A stretch of 64,000 nt of DNA from Octopus sinensis (taxonomy: Eukaryota), in contig NC_043009.1 of NCBI RefSeq assembly GCF_006345805.1, forward strand, positions 62,062,001-62,126,000. Direction: 5' to 3'. The position numbers and the translations under genes were made by a program. Below, piece after piece: positions 26,301 to 39,683 of the stretch. The notes under the pieces are model-generated. The model did not search any database and was not told the DNA's origin. It saw only the letters and a list, made by a program, of their open reading frames with translations. Positions within the stretch are counted from its first letter, which is position 1; each line of letters opens with the position of its first letter.

Positions 26301-26390
26301 ATGCAGTACGATCGTTTCATGCGACTCCATTTAATTGAATAGTGCAAATATTACATCAGTTTTAAAATGTAGAGCAATCTTCAGCTGCAT
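26301..26390 (-). ncRNA. Type-I hammerhead ribozyme motif with intact core
   Basis: ATGCAG-CTGAAGA-T TGC...GCA T-GAAA-CGATCG-TA|CTGCAT: perfect 6-bp stem I, palindromic stem III (ACGATCGT), GUA cleavage triplet, long stem II closed by a U.U mismatch. Confidence 0.75.
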
Positions 26391-26564
26391 AAAAATATAG
26401 AATTTAGTTAAATTCAAAGGATTCATTTGTATAGTTTTCTTATTATCCAAAATCACAAAGAGGATTAGTAGATAGACAAAGGACATGTTTCATCAACAAC
26501 ATCGTAGTTGTAACTGTTACAAAAGTTAGGAATTAGTCTTACTTGATCATGGGTTGATTTCCAT

Positions 26565-26620
<56 letters not shown>

Positions 26621-27080
26621 AGTGTGTGTGTGTGTGTGTGTGTGTGAATGAGTGTGTGTATCTATATCTCTTTGTGTATAATGGCATAATGTATGGACTT
26701 GGTGTGGTCAAATGGCCAGATGAGTGGCACCTGAAATTTATTGTTCTAGACTTTTACACATTTTGTCACACAGATTCAGCTTGAAGACTAGATTAATTGT
26801 ACACATGCCTGTGGTATACTCAGCCACATGCATGCAAATACAGGCTACCTATCACTGAAATAGAGATTTGTTTACTAGTGGAAAACAGTACAACAACTTA
26901 TGTTATATAGCATAGTATGAGGGATTGCTGAAAAGGTCCTGGCTTTAAGGGTTCTGCAAAAGGCCTGGTTGGAGGCCCTACCTTCTGAGTTCTTTCACAG
27001 GGATTAGAAAAACGAAAGGACTGCTGCAACAAGAGCGTGAATCTGAGAGGGGAATTTGTTGAATAAAATCATAACTGATA

Positions 27081-27484
27081 GGCGTAGGAGTGGCTGTGTG
27101 GTAAGTAGCTTGTTTACCAACCACATGGTTCTGGGTTCAGTCCCACTGCGTGGCACCTTGGGCAAGTGTCTTCTACTATAGCCTTGGGCCGACCAAAACC
27201 TTGTGAGTGGATTTGGTAGACGGAAACTGAAAGAAGCCCGTCGTATATATGTATATATATATATGTGTGTGTGTTTGTGTGTCTGTGTTTGTCCCCCTAG
27301 CATTGCTTGACAACCGATGGTGGTGTGTTTATGTCCCCGTTACTTAGCGGTTCGGCAAAAGAGACCGATAGAATAAGTACTGGGCTTACAAAAGAATAAG
27401 TCCCGGGGTTGAGTTGCTCGATTAAAGGCGGTGCTCCAGCATGGCCGCAGTCAAATGACTGAAACAAGTAAAAGAGTAAAGAGA
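27081..27484 (+). mobile_element. SINE family B, full length (GTGGCTGTGTGGTAAGTAGC...internal microsatellite...CAGTCAAATGACTGAAACAAGTAAAAGAG)
   Basis: Near-identical copies at 31262-31673(-), 39107-39490(-), 40850-41198, 42858-43222, 52584-52948 and 10248-10620(-). Confidence 0.88.
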
Positions 27485-27850
27485 TCCTCTCGTATTTTCT
27501 TTTACCGAAAGCCAGGAACTTTCCGGCACCCCATCATAAGCTGATAAACAGAGATTGATAAAGTAAAAAATAAACTGAAAAATACCTACTTCAGTTGATA
27601 TGATTAGCCAAAATCCTTGAATGTTGCCTCATGGGCTTAGTTCAACGAATGAAACTGATAATAGTACAAGAATGCTTGTGAGTGTGTGTGCATGTGTGTG
27701 TTTGTGTCAATGAGTACTTAATAATTTGTTTTACAGACCAATTCTGCATTAAGGCTTAGACAATGTTTGCTTGGACTGTAAGACCAGTTTGTGTAGATAC
27801 ACTGCACATACACATATACTCATATGAGTGTGTGTGTGTACATGCGTGTA

Positions 27851-27935
<85 letters not shown>

Positions 27936-28543
27936 ATATATACGGGTGTGTGTGATTGTGTATAGAAGAATATATTAATAAAAGGAATTCCAACCTTGTC
28001 TGATTTTCACGTTTTATTTACAATCTTATAATGATATAACATAAGATAGTATAATATAATAAAATAAAATAAAATAATAGAATGTTAAATGTTCATTCTG
28101 ATTGAACTAGTACCTTCATGCATTAAGTTCTGCAATCTTCAGGTTCATGTAGTAGTGGTGACAGTCATGCTTCACAATTTTTGACTGTTTATATATATAT
28201 ATATAAACACATAAGAGACGACCATAATAGGACATCTGACTCACTAGAAAGAGTAGTTAAACTCCAAACCACTAATAGTTGTAATTCTGAAAGGGAAAGA
28301 GAAATAAAAATGTTTACCCTATCTTTCCTGGACTATGCTAGTTTCAGCAATCTTTTGTAAATAAAATAAAATTATTTTACTTTACAATTGGCGTTGCCAT
28401 CTTCAGCAGGAAGCCAAGGCTAACATATAGGCACAGGGCAATAAGGACCATGCCTCGAGTCTATATGCTATAACTTTTCAAAATCCACCACGCACGTGCG
28501 GTTTTTCAGCAGTAAATATAACTGCCGATTTATATCTATATCT

Positions 28544-28549
<6 letters not shown>

Positions 28550-28574
<25 letters not shown>

Positions 28575-29390
28575 TATATAAAACTGAGAATGTGTGTCTG
28601 TCTGTGTGTTTCCCTAAAACTTGAGAACTACAAAAACAATTTCATTCAAATTTTACACATGCATTACTTAAGGTTCACTTTTTCCCTAGGGCGACCCCAC
28701 AGCAATATCATATCTTCTCCACTATTTCAGTATTACGTGTTAAAAGTGAAACAAAAACATCTCTCTTTTGTAATGCAGACACTTTCACTTTAATACTGAA
28801 ACTATTAAAGTGAAAGTATTATATAACAGGGATGAACCATTAACAAGTGGTCATCCATTTTGCTAGAAGAAGATCCGCTATGGTCTTATATGTTACACCA
28901 CTGGTTTTCAATTCATATTAATCAAATTAATATTCAATTTTTCACCCTTATTATGTGTGTGTGTGTGTGTATTAGCAATTCGTATAAAATTACATCAATG
29001 ACTTGAACTTGAATATGTGGTTTCACATAAATGGGGATAAATTAAAAAAGGTTTGTTGTTATTATTATTACTGTTTGACTATTGTAATCACCTTTGTTGG
29101 TTCCTCGTCAGGGAAACGTTGTTGTGTTGCATTTGTTAAATAATTGTAAACCGTAACCCCCCACCCTTTCAGAGAAGGGGCTTTGGTTATTGTTTAAAAA
29201 TTGAATTGTGTCCCTGTTTGGGGAAATTGACAATATTTTCACTGTCTTTACGGAAGCATTTTTGTTAAAATGCCTTCAATAGAAGAAAGTCCAAAAATGA
29301 ATTTTGCTGCAGCCGTACACTTCTATACAAGAGGGAGGACAAGATCCAATTGATCGAAATTGCAAGAGACGGGCCTACAATTCCAGTCTC
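28550..29390 (+). mobile_element. Probable Helitron 5' terminal region
   Basis: (TCTATA)n-TATATAAAACTGAGAATGTGTGTCTGTCTG start resembling Helitron 5' ends, directly upstream of the Rep fragment and separated from it by a SINE and microsatellite. Confidence 0.45.
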
Positions 29391-29779
29391 TTATATATTT
29401 TGAGTATTGTTATCACTAGCGATATCAAGATATAACTTTGTATTTTGTATTTTATGTGTAGGTGTATATATATAGATGTACATGTAATATGTACACATAT
29501 ATACACATATATACATGCATAATATATCTACCCATACACACATACGCACACACACACACACACACACATACATAGGGGCAGGTGTGGCTGTGTGGTAACA
29601 AACTACGTTCCAAACACATGGTCCTGGGTTCAGTCCCATCGTATGGTGACTTGGCATGTGTCTTCTGCTGTAGCCTCAGACCAACAAAAGCCTTCTCAGT
29701 GGATTTTGTACATATATACAGGCATACATACATATATATACATGCATACGTACATATTCGGCATAAACACTCTACCACT

Positions 29780-30665
29780 ACAACTAATAACTGTTGGGAA
29801 CACTTTCAAACCTGCCTTACATTCAAACCGGAATCTCAACACCCGAGTTTTCCATCTGAAGTTAATCTCGCTCATGGAGCTCATACAAAAAAAGGGCAAA
29901 TCTTTGGGCCCATACAATGTGACATGTACACAATCGAGTGGAAAAAAAGGGGCCTTCCACATGCTCATATCCTGCTTTGGCTCTCAGTGAAGATCAATTC
30001 CAATGACATCGACAACATAATCTCTGCAGAGCTTCCTGATCCAGCTTTAGATAAAGAACTATACGAAATAGTTAAAGCAAACATGGTATATGGTCCATGT
30101 GGGCATGGATTCAACATAAACTCACCATGCTTGAAGGACAGCATATGTTCAAAAAGATTTCCAAGGAGGTTCCTACAAGAAACTCAGACAGGTGCTGATG
30201 GGTATCCATCATACAGACGCAGAAAACCAGAAGACGGAGGTTTCACAGCAACTATCGGACAGCACGATATTGATAATAGATGGATTGTTCCATACTGCCC
30301 ACTCCTGTCAAAGACTTTCAATGCCCACATCAACGTTGAGTTTTGCAACTCCGTTAAATCCATCAAATATGCAAATATGTAAACAAGGGTTCTGACGCTG
30401 CAATGTTTGGACTTCAACAATAATACTGCCAGGATGAGGTGACGCATTATCAGGTGGGATGGTACATAAGTAGCAACAAGGCTTTCTGGCGCATCTTTGG
30501 CTTTCCAATTCACCAATGACACCCCGCCATTCAACAGCTTTCAGTACACCTGGAAAAAGGTCAAAGAGTGTACTTCACCAATGCTAATGCTTCTCTGTTG
30601 GCAGAGGAACCAAGGGATAGCACACTCACTGCATTCTTCAAGCTTTGTCAAGTGGATCCATTCTA
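29780..30665 (+). mobile_element. Helitron Rep (HUH) domain fragment, pseudogenised
   Basis: TIEWKKRGLPHAHILLW (Rep motif 2), SAELPDP..D..LYEIV..M.(H)GPCG, CSKRFPR, GYPSYRRR, DNRWIVPY.P.L...FNAHINVE.CNSVKSIKY; frameshift near 30368, then FWRIFGFPIH and TLTAFFKLC. Confidence 0.92.
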
Positions 30666-31469
30666 TCTGTCTGTCTACCTATCAATCTGTCTATCTATCT
30701 ATCTACCTACCTATCTATCTATCTATCAATCTGTCTACCTACCTACCTATCTATCTATCTATCTATCTATCTATTTACCTGTCTGTCTGTATCTATCTAT
30801 GTGTGTGTGCATGTGTGTTTATATATATGTAGCCAGTTTAAAGAGGGAGAGGCACCTGCCACAGTCATCTCTTTAACAGTGTTGTATCTCAGTTAAGCAC
30901 TGGTTTTATGTATGGATATTTGTATTTATGCCATAGTGAATCCGCAACCCCCACCGATAACCAAATGTCCATGCATAAAATCCTGTGATTAATTATTTCA
31001 GCTTTTTCTAAACTGGACAAGAATCCTGTCTGCTTACCAGACTTACCAGCATTACCAGAAAATATGGCACCTTCACTATATCTACTAAGTAAACTAATGG
31101 CCTGAGAATGAAGTACATTCAGTAAATCTAAGCCACACACTAAGAATTAGCATGGGATGTCAAGATAAGGACAGACACACACACACACACATAAACACAC
31201 ACATATACACAAACACATGCATATACATAAATATATAAATACATGTATGTACTCTCTCTCTCTCTCTTTTTACTCTTTTACTTGTTTCAGTCATTTGACT
31301 GCGGCCATGCTGGAGCACCGCCTTTAGTCAAGCAAATCGACCCCGGGACTTATTCTATCGGTCTCTTTTGCCGAACCACTAGGTGACGGGGACGTAAACA
31401 CACCAGCATCGGTTGTCAAGCAATGCTGGGGGGACAAACACAGACACACAAACATATACACACACACGT

Positions 31470-31510
<41 letters not shown>

Positions 31511-34500
31511 TACGACAGGCTTCTTTCAGTTTCCGTCTACCAAATCCACTCACAAGGCATTGGTCGGCCCGGGGCTATAGCAGAAGACACTTGCCCAAGA
31601 TGCCACGCAGTGGGACTGAACCCGGAACCATGTGGTTGGTTAGCAAGCTACTTACCACACAGCCACTCCTGCGTATGTATCATCATCATCATCATCACCA
31701 CTACCACTGCCACCGCCACCACATTCATTTAGCATCTGTTTTCCCATACTGGTATGGGTTTGATGATTTGACTGGATTTAACACCTCACAGAACCGCACT
31801 CTGCTCCAATGTCTGATTTGACGTGGTTTCTCTATGGCTGGATGCCCTTTCCTAACACCAGCCACTTTATAGATTCTACTGGGACCTTTTCTTTTTGTGG
31901 ACCAGCACTAGTGAGGCCAGCCTGCAACTTTCAAGATCAAGAGCCAAAAGAAGTCCCTATAACTGGAGAACAGTAGAGAGAAGGTGCAATGATTGTCAGT
32001 AGGGTGGTGAGAGAGAGAGTAAATTATGAAGAGAGGAATAGACTGACAGTTGTGGGAGGGTGGCAGTGGGGAGAGTAACATAGAAGACACTATTTGAGGA
32101 AAGACTATAGGTGTAAAAGAGGATAGGGAAGGGCTTTGTGTCAAGGGTTTGTGAGAAAGGGAGGGACAGAGTACTTGATGTGATAAAGGCTGTTGAGTAG
32201 GGCGTTCCCAGGTTAACCTATATTATAAGGGTAAGTATGAATGGAAAGCATGAGGGAAAGGGGACATAAAAGAGATTGAGACACTGAGGTATTGAGTAGA
32301 ATCATATGGTCAAGTGGTTCGGGTGTTGGACTAATGAGCATAAGATTGTGGTTTCACTTCTTTGACCAGGCAATGCATTGTGTTCTTGAGCAAAACACTT
32401 CATTTCACTTTGCTCCAAATCCATTCAGCTGGCAAAAATGAGTAATCCTGCAACAGACCAGCACCCTGTTTAGGGGGTAAATATATATACACCATAGAAA
32501 CTGAGAAACCAGCCCTTGTGAGTCTATAGGGCTCAAGAAGGATGCTTTTGCCGAGGTATGGAGAGAATCATTGATGGAAAGGGATGCAGCCGTGGAAGTG
32601 GGCCAGAGATGGAGAAAGTGAAAGTGTATTGAGGTGATGGAGGAACTGTAGGGAGAGGATGGGGAAAGAAAATGAGGAAGAATAAGGGGGAACAGTGAGT
32701 AAGTGCAGTGTGAGCAGGGTGTGAAAGTGATATTGGAGGGCCCTATAGAGGTAGGATGAGGTGAGCAGTGTGGGAATACAGAGAAAGCATCCCAGACATG
32801 GAGGCTGATGGGAGAGGACAGTGAGAGAGAATGGTAGTGGAGACAGGGAGAGCATGGTGTGAGAGAAAGAAAGGATGAAGAATACCTAAGTGGGAAGGAA
32901 GAGAGGGTGAATAGAGCAAGAGGATCCAGGTAAAAAGCAGACAGGGAGAGGAAGCTGTCTTGGAGGTGAGAGGAGGATGACAGATGAAAACAGTGAAAGC
33001 ATCCCAGGTATGGAGATTGAGGAGAAAGGACAGTTAAAGAGAGGTAGGGGAGGAGCAGTGGATGAATAACAGTAAGAGTCTGCCAGCTACCAACATTTCC
33101 TTGACTAATGTTTTCTCTGTCATGCTTGCTTGAAAGAACAGGATTTTCTCCGGTACAATAAGTCACCAAATTGCAATTGCCTGTTGCCTACCTTGTGAGA
33201 TTCAGCATCTTGAGATCATGTTTTCCACGGTCTTTCTCTTCCATAGTTACTTTCCATTTTCAGTGCTTGATACTTGATGAGTTTTTTTTTACTGTGTCTT
33301 GTCTCTGCGAAAAATTCATTCACAAAGCTTTTGGTCAGTTGAGGACTAAAGTAAAATACATTTTACTTGGTGGGTTGCTCGGTAGGCTCTAGAACCATGT
33401 GCTTGGAATGGCTGTGTGGTAAGAAGCTTGCTTCTCAGCCACATGGTTCTAGGTTCAGTCCCACTCTGTGACACCTTGGGTAAGTGTCTTGATTGTGGTG
33501 CACCTTAGCACTATATACAATAATTTCATTATTATTATTATTATTATAACCTCAGGCTGACCAAAGCCTTGTGAGTGGATTTGGTAGAGAAACTGAAAGA
33601 AGTCTCTTATATATGTAGTGTTAATTTAAATTTGGCTATGGTGGATCGAATCCACTTCATGCTTGCAAGATCCACTACATATATGTTTGTGTGTGTGTGT
33701 GGGGGGGTGCCACCTGGGCAACGTTGAGTATCACTAATGCTAGTATATTATAAAAATGGCTTGTACATTTAATCTTATCAGTTACTTATTTGGATTAATT
33801 TTTCTTGTTCTTTTTCTTCTTCTTCCCACCCAGTTCTCTTTTAATATTAACACCATGTTTCATGCATATACACATACATACATAAATGCATGCATACTTA
33901 CATATATATATATACATATATACTCAAGTATATGTGTAGGTATGTATTCTGATTTGTTCCCTAATCTATCTGGAGGGTGGAGAAGGTATATGATTCAGTT
34001 AAAGGTTAATCTGAAGTACTTGAGGTACAAAACTTATCAGGTTTGATTTATGCTTTATATTTACCTGCTCACCCCCACATCAATCTACCGCAATTCACTG
34101 AGAGATGCCCTCCAGGCATGACCCGTAACTTCAAAACCAGAAGCAATATATGCTTTCCATCGGTAAGGTCTGGCCTGGGCCTGTTGTTGCTGTTGTTGTT
34201 GTCATTGTGGTTTACTTAACAACAGATTCTGAATGTTGGATTTACATTTGTCGCAAAGAAAATATGAACGGAAAACAAAGAAAGAACGGCTTCTATTCCC
34301 ATTGAGTGTGTGCAAAATATAGTAAGTAGAGAAACCGGCTGGTAGATTTCTTTTTTTCTGTTAGTCAATGATGTGCTGCTTATGTACTAACTGACCTCTG
34401 GTATATTTCGTGATAGCCCCTGGTATATCAATTATGGTGGAGATGCGTGGCTTAGTGGTTAGGGTGTCAGCATCATGATTGTAAGATTGTGGTTTTGATT

Positions 34501-35661
34501 CCTGGACCGGGCGACGCGTTGTGTTCTTGAGCAAAACACTTCATTTCATGTTGCTCCAGTCCACTCAGCTGGCAAAAATGAGTAATGCTGTGATGGACTG
34601 GCGTCCCGTCCAGCTGGGGAACCGGGCCCATGAGCCTGGTTAGGCTTTAAAAAGGGTGCATTTATTTATTTTTATTTATTTATATCAATTATGCATTCAC
34701 TAGTTTCTTTTCTGATAGCCAATGGTGAATGGTTATATATTCACTAAACTACTGGTATGAGGGAGTGCTGAAAAGCCTGGCTTAAAGTCCAACTTTCTGA
34801 GTTCTTTTAGAAAAACTGAAGGACTTCTGCAATAAGTGTGAGAATCTGAGAGGGGAATATGTTGGTTAAAACCATAATTAACAGATCTTCCTGTATTTTC
34901 TTTTACCCAAAGCCAGGAACTTTTCAGCACCCCATTGTATATTTTGTGATAATTACTGAGGTACTGGGTATGGTTGTGTTATCACTGACCAATGGTTTAT
35001 TTTGTGATGGCCACCAATGGGTTTGTTTTATATATACACTGACCAGAAATATATTTTGTTAGAGCTACAGGTGGGTTGGTTTCCCCACCTATCTCCCTTC
35101 ATGTATGTGTTACCACTTGCTGCCACGTTCTCCTCTTCCTCCATAATCCACTCCTATTATCTTTATATTACCCCCCAAACTGACACATGCCATTACCCCC
35201 ATCTCCATCTGTGTTCACCATTCATATGCTTTCAGTTCCATCCTCAACTCCACTGGCTGATATTCTCATTTTACACTCTCACAAACCTACCCACCTATTC
35301 ACCCAGCCATCCTCAATTATCCCCTCCCCTTTCATCTTATCATACCTCCATGGTGTGTCTTGATCTCTCCCATACTTCCTCCCTTCCCTGCTGGGGTCAC
35401 CATGCATATTCCATACAGCAAGTCCTCCTCTCACTGCACCTACCCACTGTTCCTCCACACTCTGCTGCATTTTCTTTCAGCATCCTCTCCCCACAGTTTC
35501 TCCATTACCTCAACACACCCTCATCTCTCCCACTCTTGCCCCCTCCCACCACCACCTGTATTCATCAATGATTCTCTCCATACCTCATTAAAAGATTCCT
35601 TCTCAAGTTTTATGGACTCATGAAGGCCAGTTTCTTGGTTTCCATAATGTGTGTGTATGTA

Positions 35662-35702
<41 letters not shown>

Positions 35703-35705
<3 letters not shown>

Positions 35706-36130
35706 TATATAGAGGGCATTACTATACATAAATGCCACATGCTAGGAGGGACTCTTAAAGTTAAAACTACCAAAATAAATAAACACATTGTATCGAATGC
35801 GAGGGAATGCAACTCTTGAAGCAAGCCATTTAAGAACAGAATTCAGCTGCAAATCATGATTTCATAATTAGTGCAGAAATGCAATTTTTAATCATCAGTG
35901 CAAGCATAATTCAAGATTTATAACGAATGAACAAAAATCAACATACCAGACGAACAACCAATGTATCCAATGTAGCATATAGAAATGTTCACCCTTTATA
36001 CATCTATGTAAATGGTGGGCTTTTTCGAATTGCATCTCGGTATGATGTGTTTATTTATTTTGGTAGTTTTTATTTTAAGAGTCCCTCCTAGCATGTGGCA
36101 TTTATGTATAGTAATGCCCTCTATATAATA
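35703..36130. repeat. Long inverted repeat (arms 35703-35788 and 36045-36130, ~255-nt spacer)
   Basis: Arms are near-perfect reverse complements, flanked by (TA)n. Confidence 0.9.
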
Positions 36131-36236
36131 TAAATAAATATATTTAAGAGAAAAAATTGGTGGATTTTTCTCTTACGAGATTTTTCACACTAACTACTTG
36201 ATAAATTCTTATAAAGATTTTATCCTATTTTTAAAT

Positions 36237-36274
<38 letters not shown>

Positions 36275-36831
36275 CATACACATATATATCATCACCATCA
36301 TTTAATGTCTGCCTTCCGTGCTGATATATACATAGCTATCCCTCTATCCCCTGGACAGAACACTGGTCCATCACAGGATGGACTTAGCTTTTCATCCTTT
36401 TGGGGTCAATAAAGTAAGTACCAGCTGAGTACTGGGGTTGATGTAATCAACTAGGTCTTTCCCTTGCAATTTCTGGCCTTGTGTCAAAATTTGAAACCAT
36501 TATTATTATTATTAATAATAATAATGTGCCAATCTGGCAGAATTGTTAGCATGCTGGGTGAATTGCTTAGAGGTTGACTTTACCATTCATCCTTTTGGGG
36601 TTGATAAATTAAGTACCAGTTGTGCTCTGGTGAGGGGTGGGTTCCACCAGAACTTAAATTCCTGTATCAGTTGTCTGTTATGATGGAGCTCCTACTATAA
36701 TTTCATCAACAAATTCTGTCCCATGCAAGCATGGAAAAGTGGACACTAAACGATGATTATGATCACACACAGATATGCATATAAGAACTAATTAGAGAAT
36801 TCTAATTTGTTTTTTTTTTTTGTCATTTCAG

Positions 36832-37010
36832 TGCAAACAACTTACAATCTGCCATTTCTTCATCTCCACTTTTCTCTTTGGCATCACTCGATGAGTCTCA
36901 GCAACTTAGAAACATTGACTATGGCAAGGATTCATCCGCGTTTCCAGTTTCAGACAGACAACCATGGCACATCGACAGGATTAAACACAAAAACAATCGC
37001 AGGAGAACCG
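36832..37010 (+). CDS. Gene X exon 3 (ANNLQSAISSSPLFSLASLDESQQLRNIDYGKD...NNRRRT)
   Basis: Strong poly-T/ttcag acceptor, open in phase 2. The phase-1 donor CCG|GTTCTT is weak, so the 3' boundary is uncertain. Confidence 0.6.
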
Positions 37011-38531
37011 GTTCTTTTACTATTTCTGTTTCTATTTCTCTGTTAGCATGCTGGCTGAATTGCTTAGTGGTGTTTCATCTGTCTTCATGTTTTGAGTTCA
37101 AATTCCGCTGAGGTCGACTGTACAAATGTAAGAGTGAGAGATGTATAGATTGTTGAAACCTAGGGAGAGGGCATGATCTATTGAAGTGAAGCACTCCAGG
37201 AGCAGAAGTAAACTTTGATTCTGATTAGATTTGAAATTACAACATAAAGAGGAAAAAGAAAAAGATAGATCATGCCCTCTACCTAGGGTTCAATAATTCA
37301 ACAATCTATATATCTCTCACTCTTACATATGTACAGTTGACCTCAGCAAAAGACAGATGAATCCCTGTTGAGATGATATTTTGCTGTGAAAGTGTAGGAG
37401 TTTGTTGTTTACAGGGAGTTGAACAATCAGTGAATCTTCTGTTGACAATCGACAGCAAGATAAGCTGCCACGGATCATATGATCCCAACGTGTGCACATA
37501 TGTGACTGGGGACCACATGTGAACCTGTATTCTCACCAAAACTCTGAACATGGACTCTATATTTCTATAGTGAATGACGTCTGCACTGTTCAATGCACTT
37601 GCCCTCCCAGTGGGGCATTTGTTATCCATTACAGCCTTGACTGTGACCGATAGAGTTGGTCAGCATTTGTGAGGGACATGGTGAACTCATTGGTCAGAGC
37701 TGGCTCAACTCACTCCAGGTGAATGCTGCCACAAATACAAGTACATGAGACCAAAGATTCATTTCCCTGACACCAACACAGTGTAACCTCTGAAGTCAAG
37801 ACACATAACTTTCAAAGGGCTCAGTCCACTAAACTGTAAAGTAAGTATCACAAGGCAGCAACATTATCACTTGTCAATGCAATAATGCACCAGTGTTGTA
37901 ACTTTGCCAAGTGTATCATTATCTTGTTGTAGTGAGTTCAAACCACCTTATGGGTATAATATGAAAACACATGTGACTGATACTAACTTTAGTTGACTGT
38001 TGGTATGGGTCTGGTTGACACCAGCTTTAGTTGAATATGTTGGTATGTGGCCAATACCAGCTTTAACTATGCTGTGTTACTGATACCAACTTAGCAAATG
38101 GAACAATCTTCTGATAACTGCCTGTAATTCGTTCGTGAGACCAGGCCTACTTTCATTAATATATATGGTTTCTGGTCAGCTGGTCATTCATATCCATTGA
38201 TGATGTTAAAACAAATAACTGAGTATTTTGAAATAGAGCCACTCCCTTCCAGGTTGACAGGTTTGTTTCCTCATGAACCACTCAGCTGGCACAAATGAGT
38301 AATCCTGCAATGGACTGACATCATATCCAGGAGGAATATGTCACAGAAACTGGGAAACTGACCTTGTGAGTCTATGTGACTCAGGAAGGATCTTCATACT
38401 TTATCTTATCCAAGAAATAGCAGAGAAATCTGCCTCAAATCTCACCCTACACACAGACACACACAAATCCAGATTAGATAATGTAATGAGATGCATTATG
38501 CCTTCTAACATGATTCTGGTTCTCGTTACAG

Positions 38532-38729
38532 TTAAATGTGAAGACGAAGACAACAGTGGTAATTTCTTGATGGTATGGAACCGTTCCATACCTCTATGTG
38601 CCACAACCAGTTCTACCACCTCTACTAACAATACTGCTTCATGCCACACCAATATTAACAACACTAACTGGAACTTCAGTCCCACCATAGAGTCATTACA
38701 ACATTCAACCAACACCAATTCTCAGGCTG
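38532..38729 (+). CDS. Gene X exon 4 (VKCEDEDNSGNFLMVWNRS...TNSQA)
   Basis: tctcgttacag acceptor, CTG|GTGAGA donor, 198 nt, phase 1-1, S/T/N-rich. Confidence 0.7.
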
Positions 38730-39683
38730 GTGAGAGAACTTTCTTCTGTCATGGGTTTATGATAACAATCGCTCTCTATATAATATACATACATGCATGT
38801 ATACACAAGCATCCACACATATGTAAGATCATGGAGGCAAAAGCAAGAACGAGTACTTGATACCAAAGGGTTTACGGTGTTTATAATTCTTATTATTTAA
38901 ATCATAGTCAGCACCCAATATAACAGTTAGTGTTTTCTGCTAGTAGTGTATCTGTGCGAAATGGTGTGAATCCTTGTAAACACTCTGTACTGGCAGGAAA
39001 CGCAAAGTATTGGATGGGGTGGTGACTATAATTAAAAAGTAAGCATTGCAAATGCAGGAAGTAAACAATGGATCAGAATGAGTAATATCTATCTATCTAT
39101 CTCTATACTCTCTTTTACTTGTTTCAGTCATTTGACTGCGGCCATGCTGGAGCACCGCCTTTAGTCAAGCAACTCGACCCCGGGACTTATTCTTTTTGTA
39201 AGCCCAGTACTTATTCTATTGGTCTCTTTTTGCCGAACCGCTAAGTGACGGGGACGTAAACACAGCAGCATCGGTTGTCAAGCAATGCTAGGGGAACAAA
39301 CACAGACACACAAACACATACATATATATGACAGGCTTCTTTCAGTTTCCGTCTACCAAATCCACTCACAAGGCATTGGTCGGCCCGGGGCTATAGCAGA
39401 AGACACTTGCCCAAGATGCCACGCAGTGGGACTGAACCCGGAACCATGTGGTTGGTTAGCAAGCTACTTACCACACAGCCACTCCTGTGCCTATATATAT
39501 TTTTTTTATATAAATAAGAGGCAGGCAACAGGTTGCTTAGCCACATACCGAAAAATTAGAAACAGCAGTCAAAGACTGTTTATTTCTATTTTCTACAAAT
39601 GAAACTCCACATACGATGTATCCCTGTAATTCACATATGCAAAACAGAAGGAAGAAATAACGAAAGCAAAGTCTAAGGGTTAT

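Noticed and set aside
27737-27777. 41-nt plus-strand candidate exon in the gene X intron ([13 protein letters not shown])
   Set aside because: Phase 0-2 does not fit the phase 2-2 intron without another exon that I could not find.
31047-31101. 55-nt minus-strand candidate exon with good acceptor and CTG|GTAAGT donor (AISLLSRYSEGAIFSGNA)
   Set aside because: Isolated; I found no phase-compatible partner exons or start/stop to build a nested gene.
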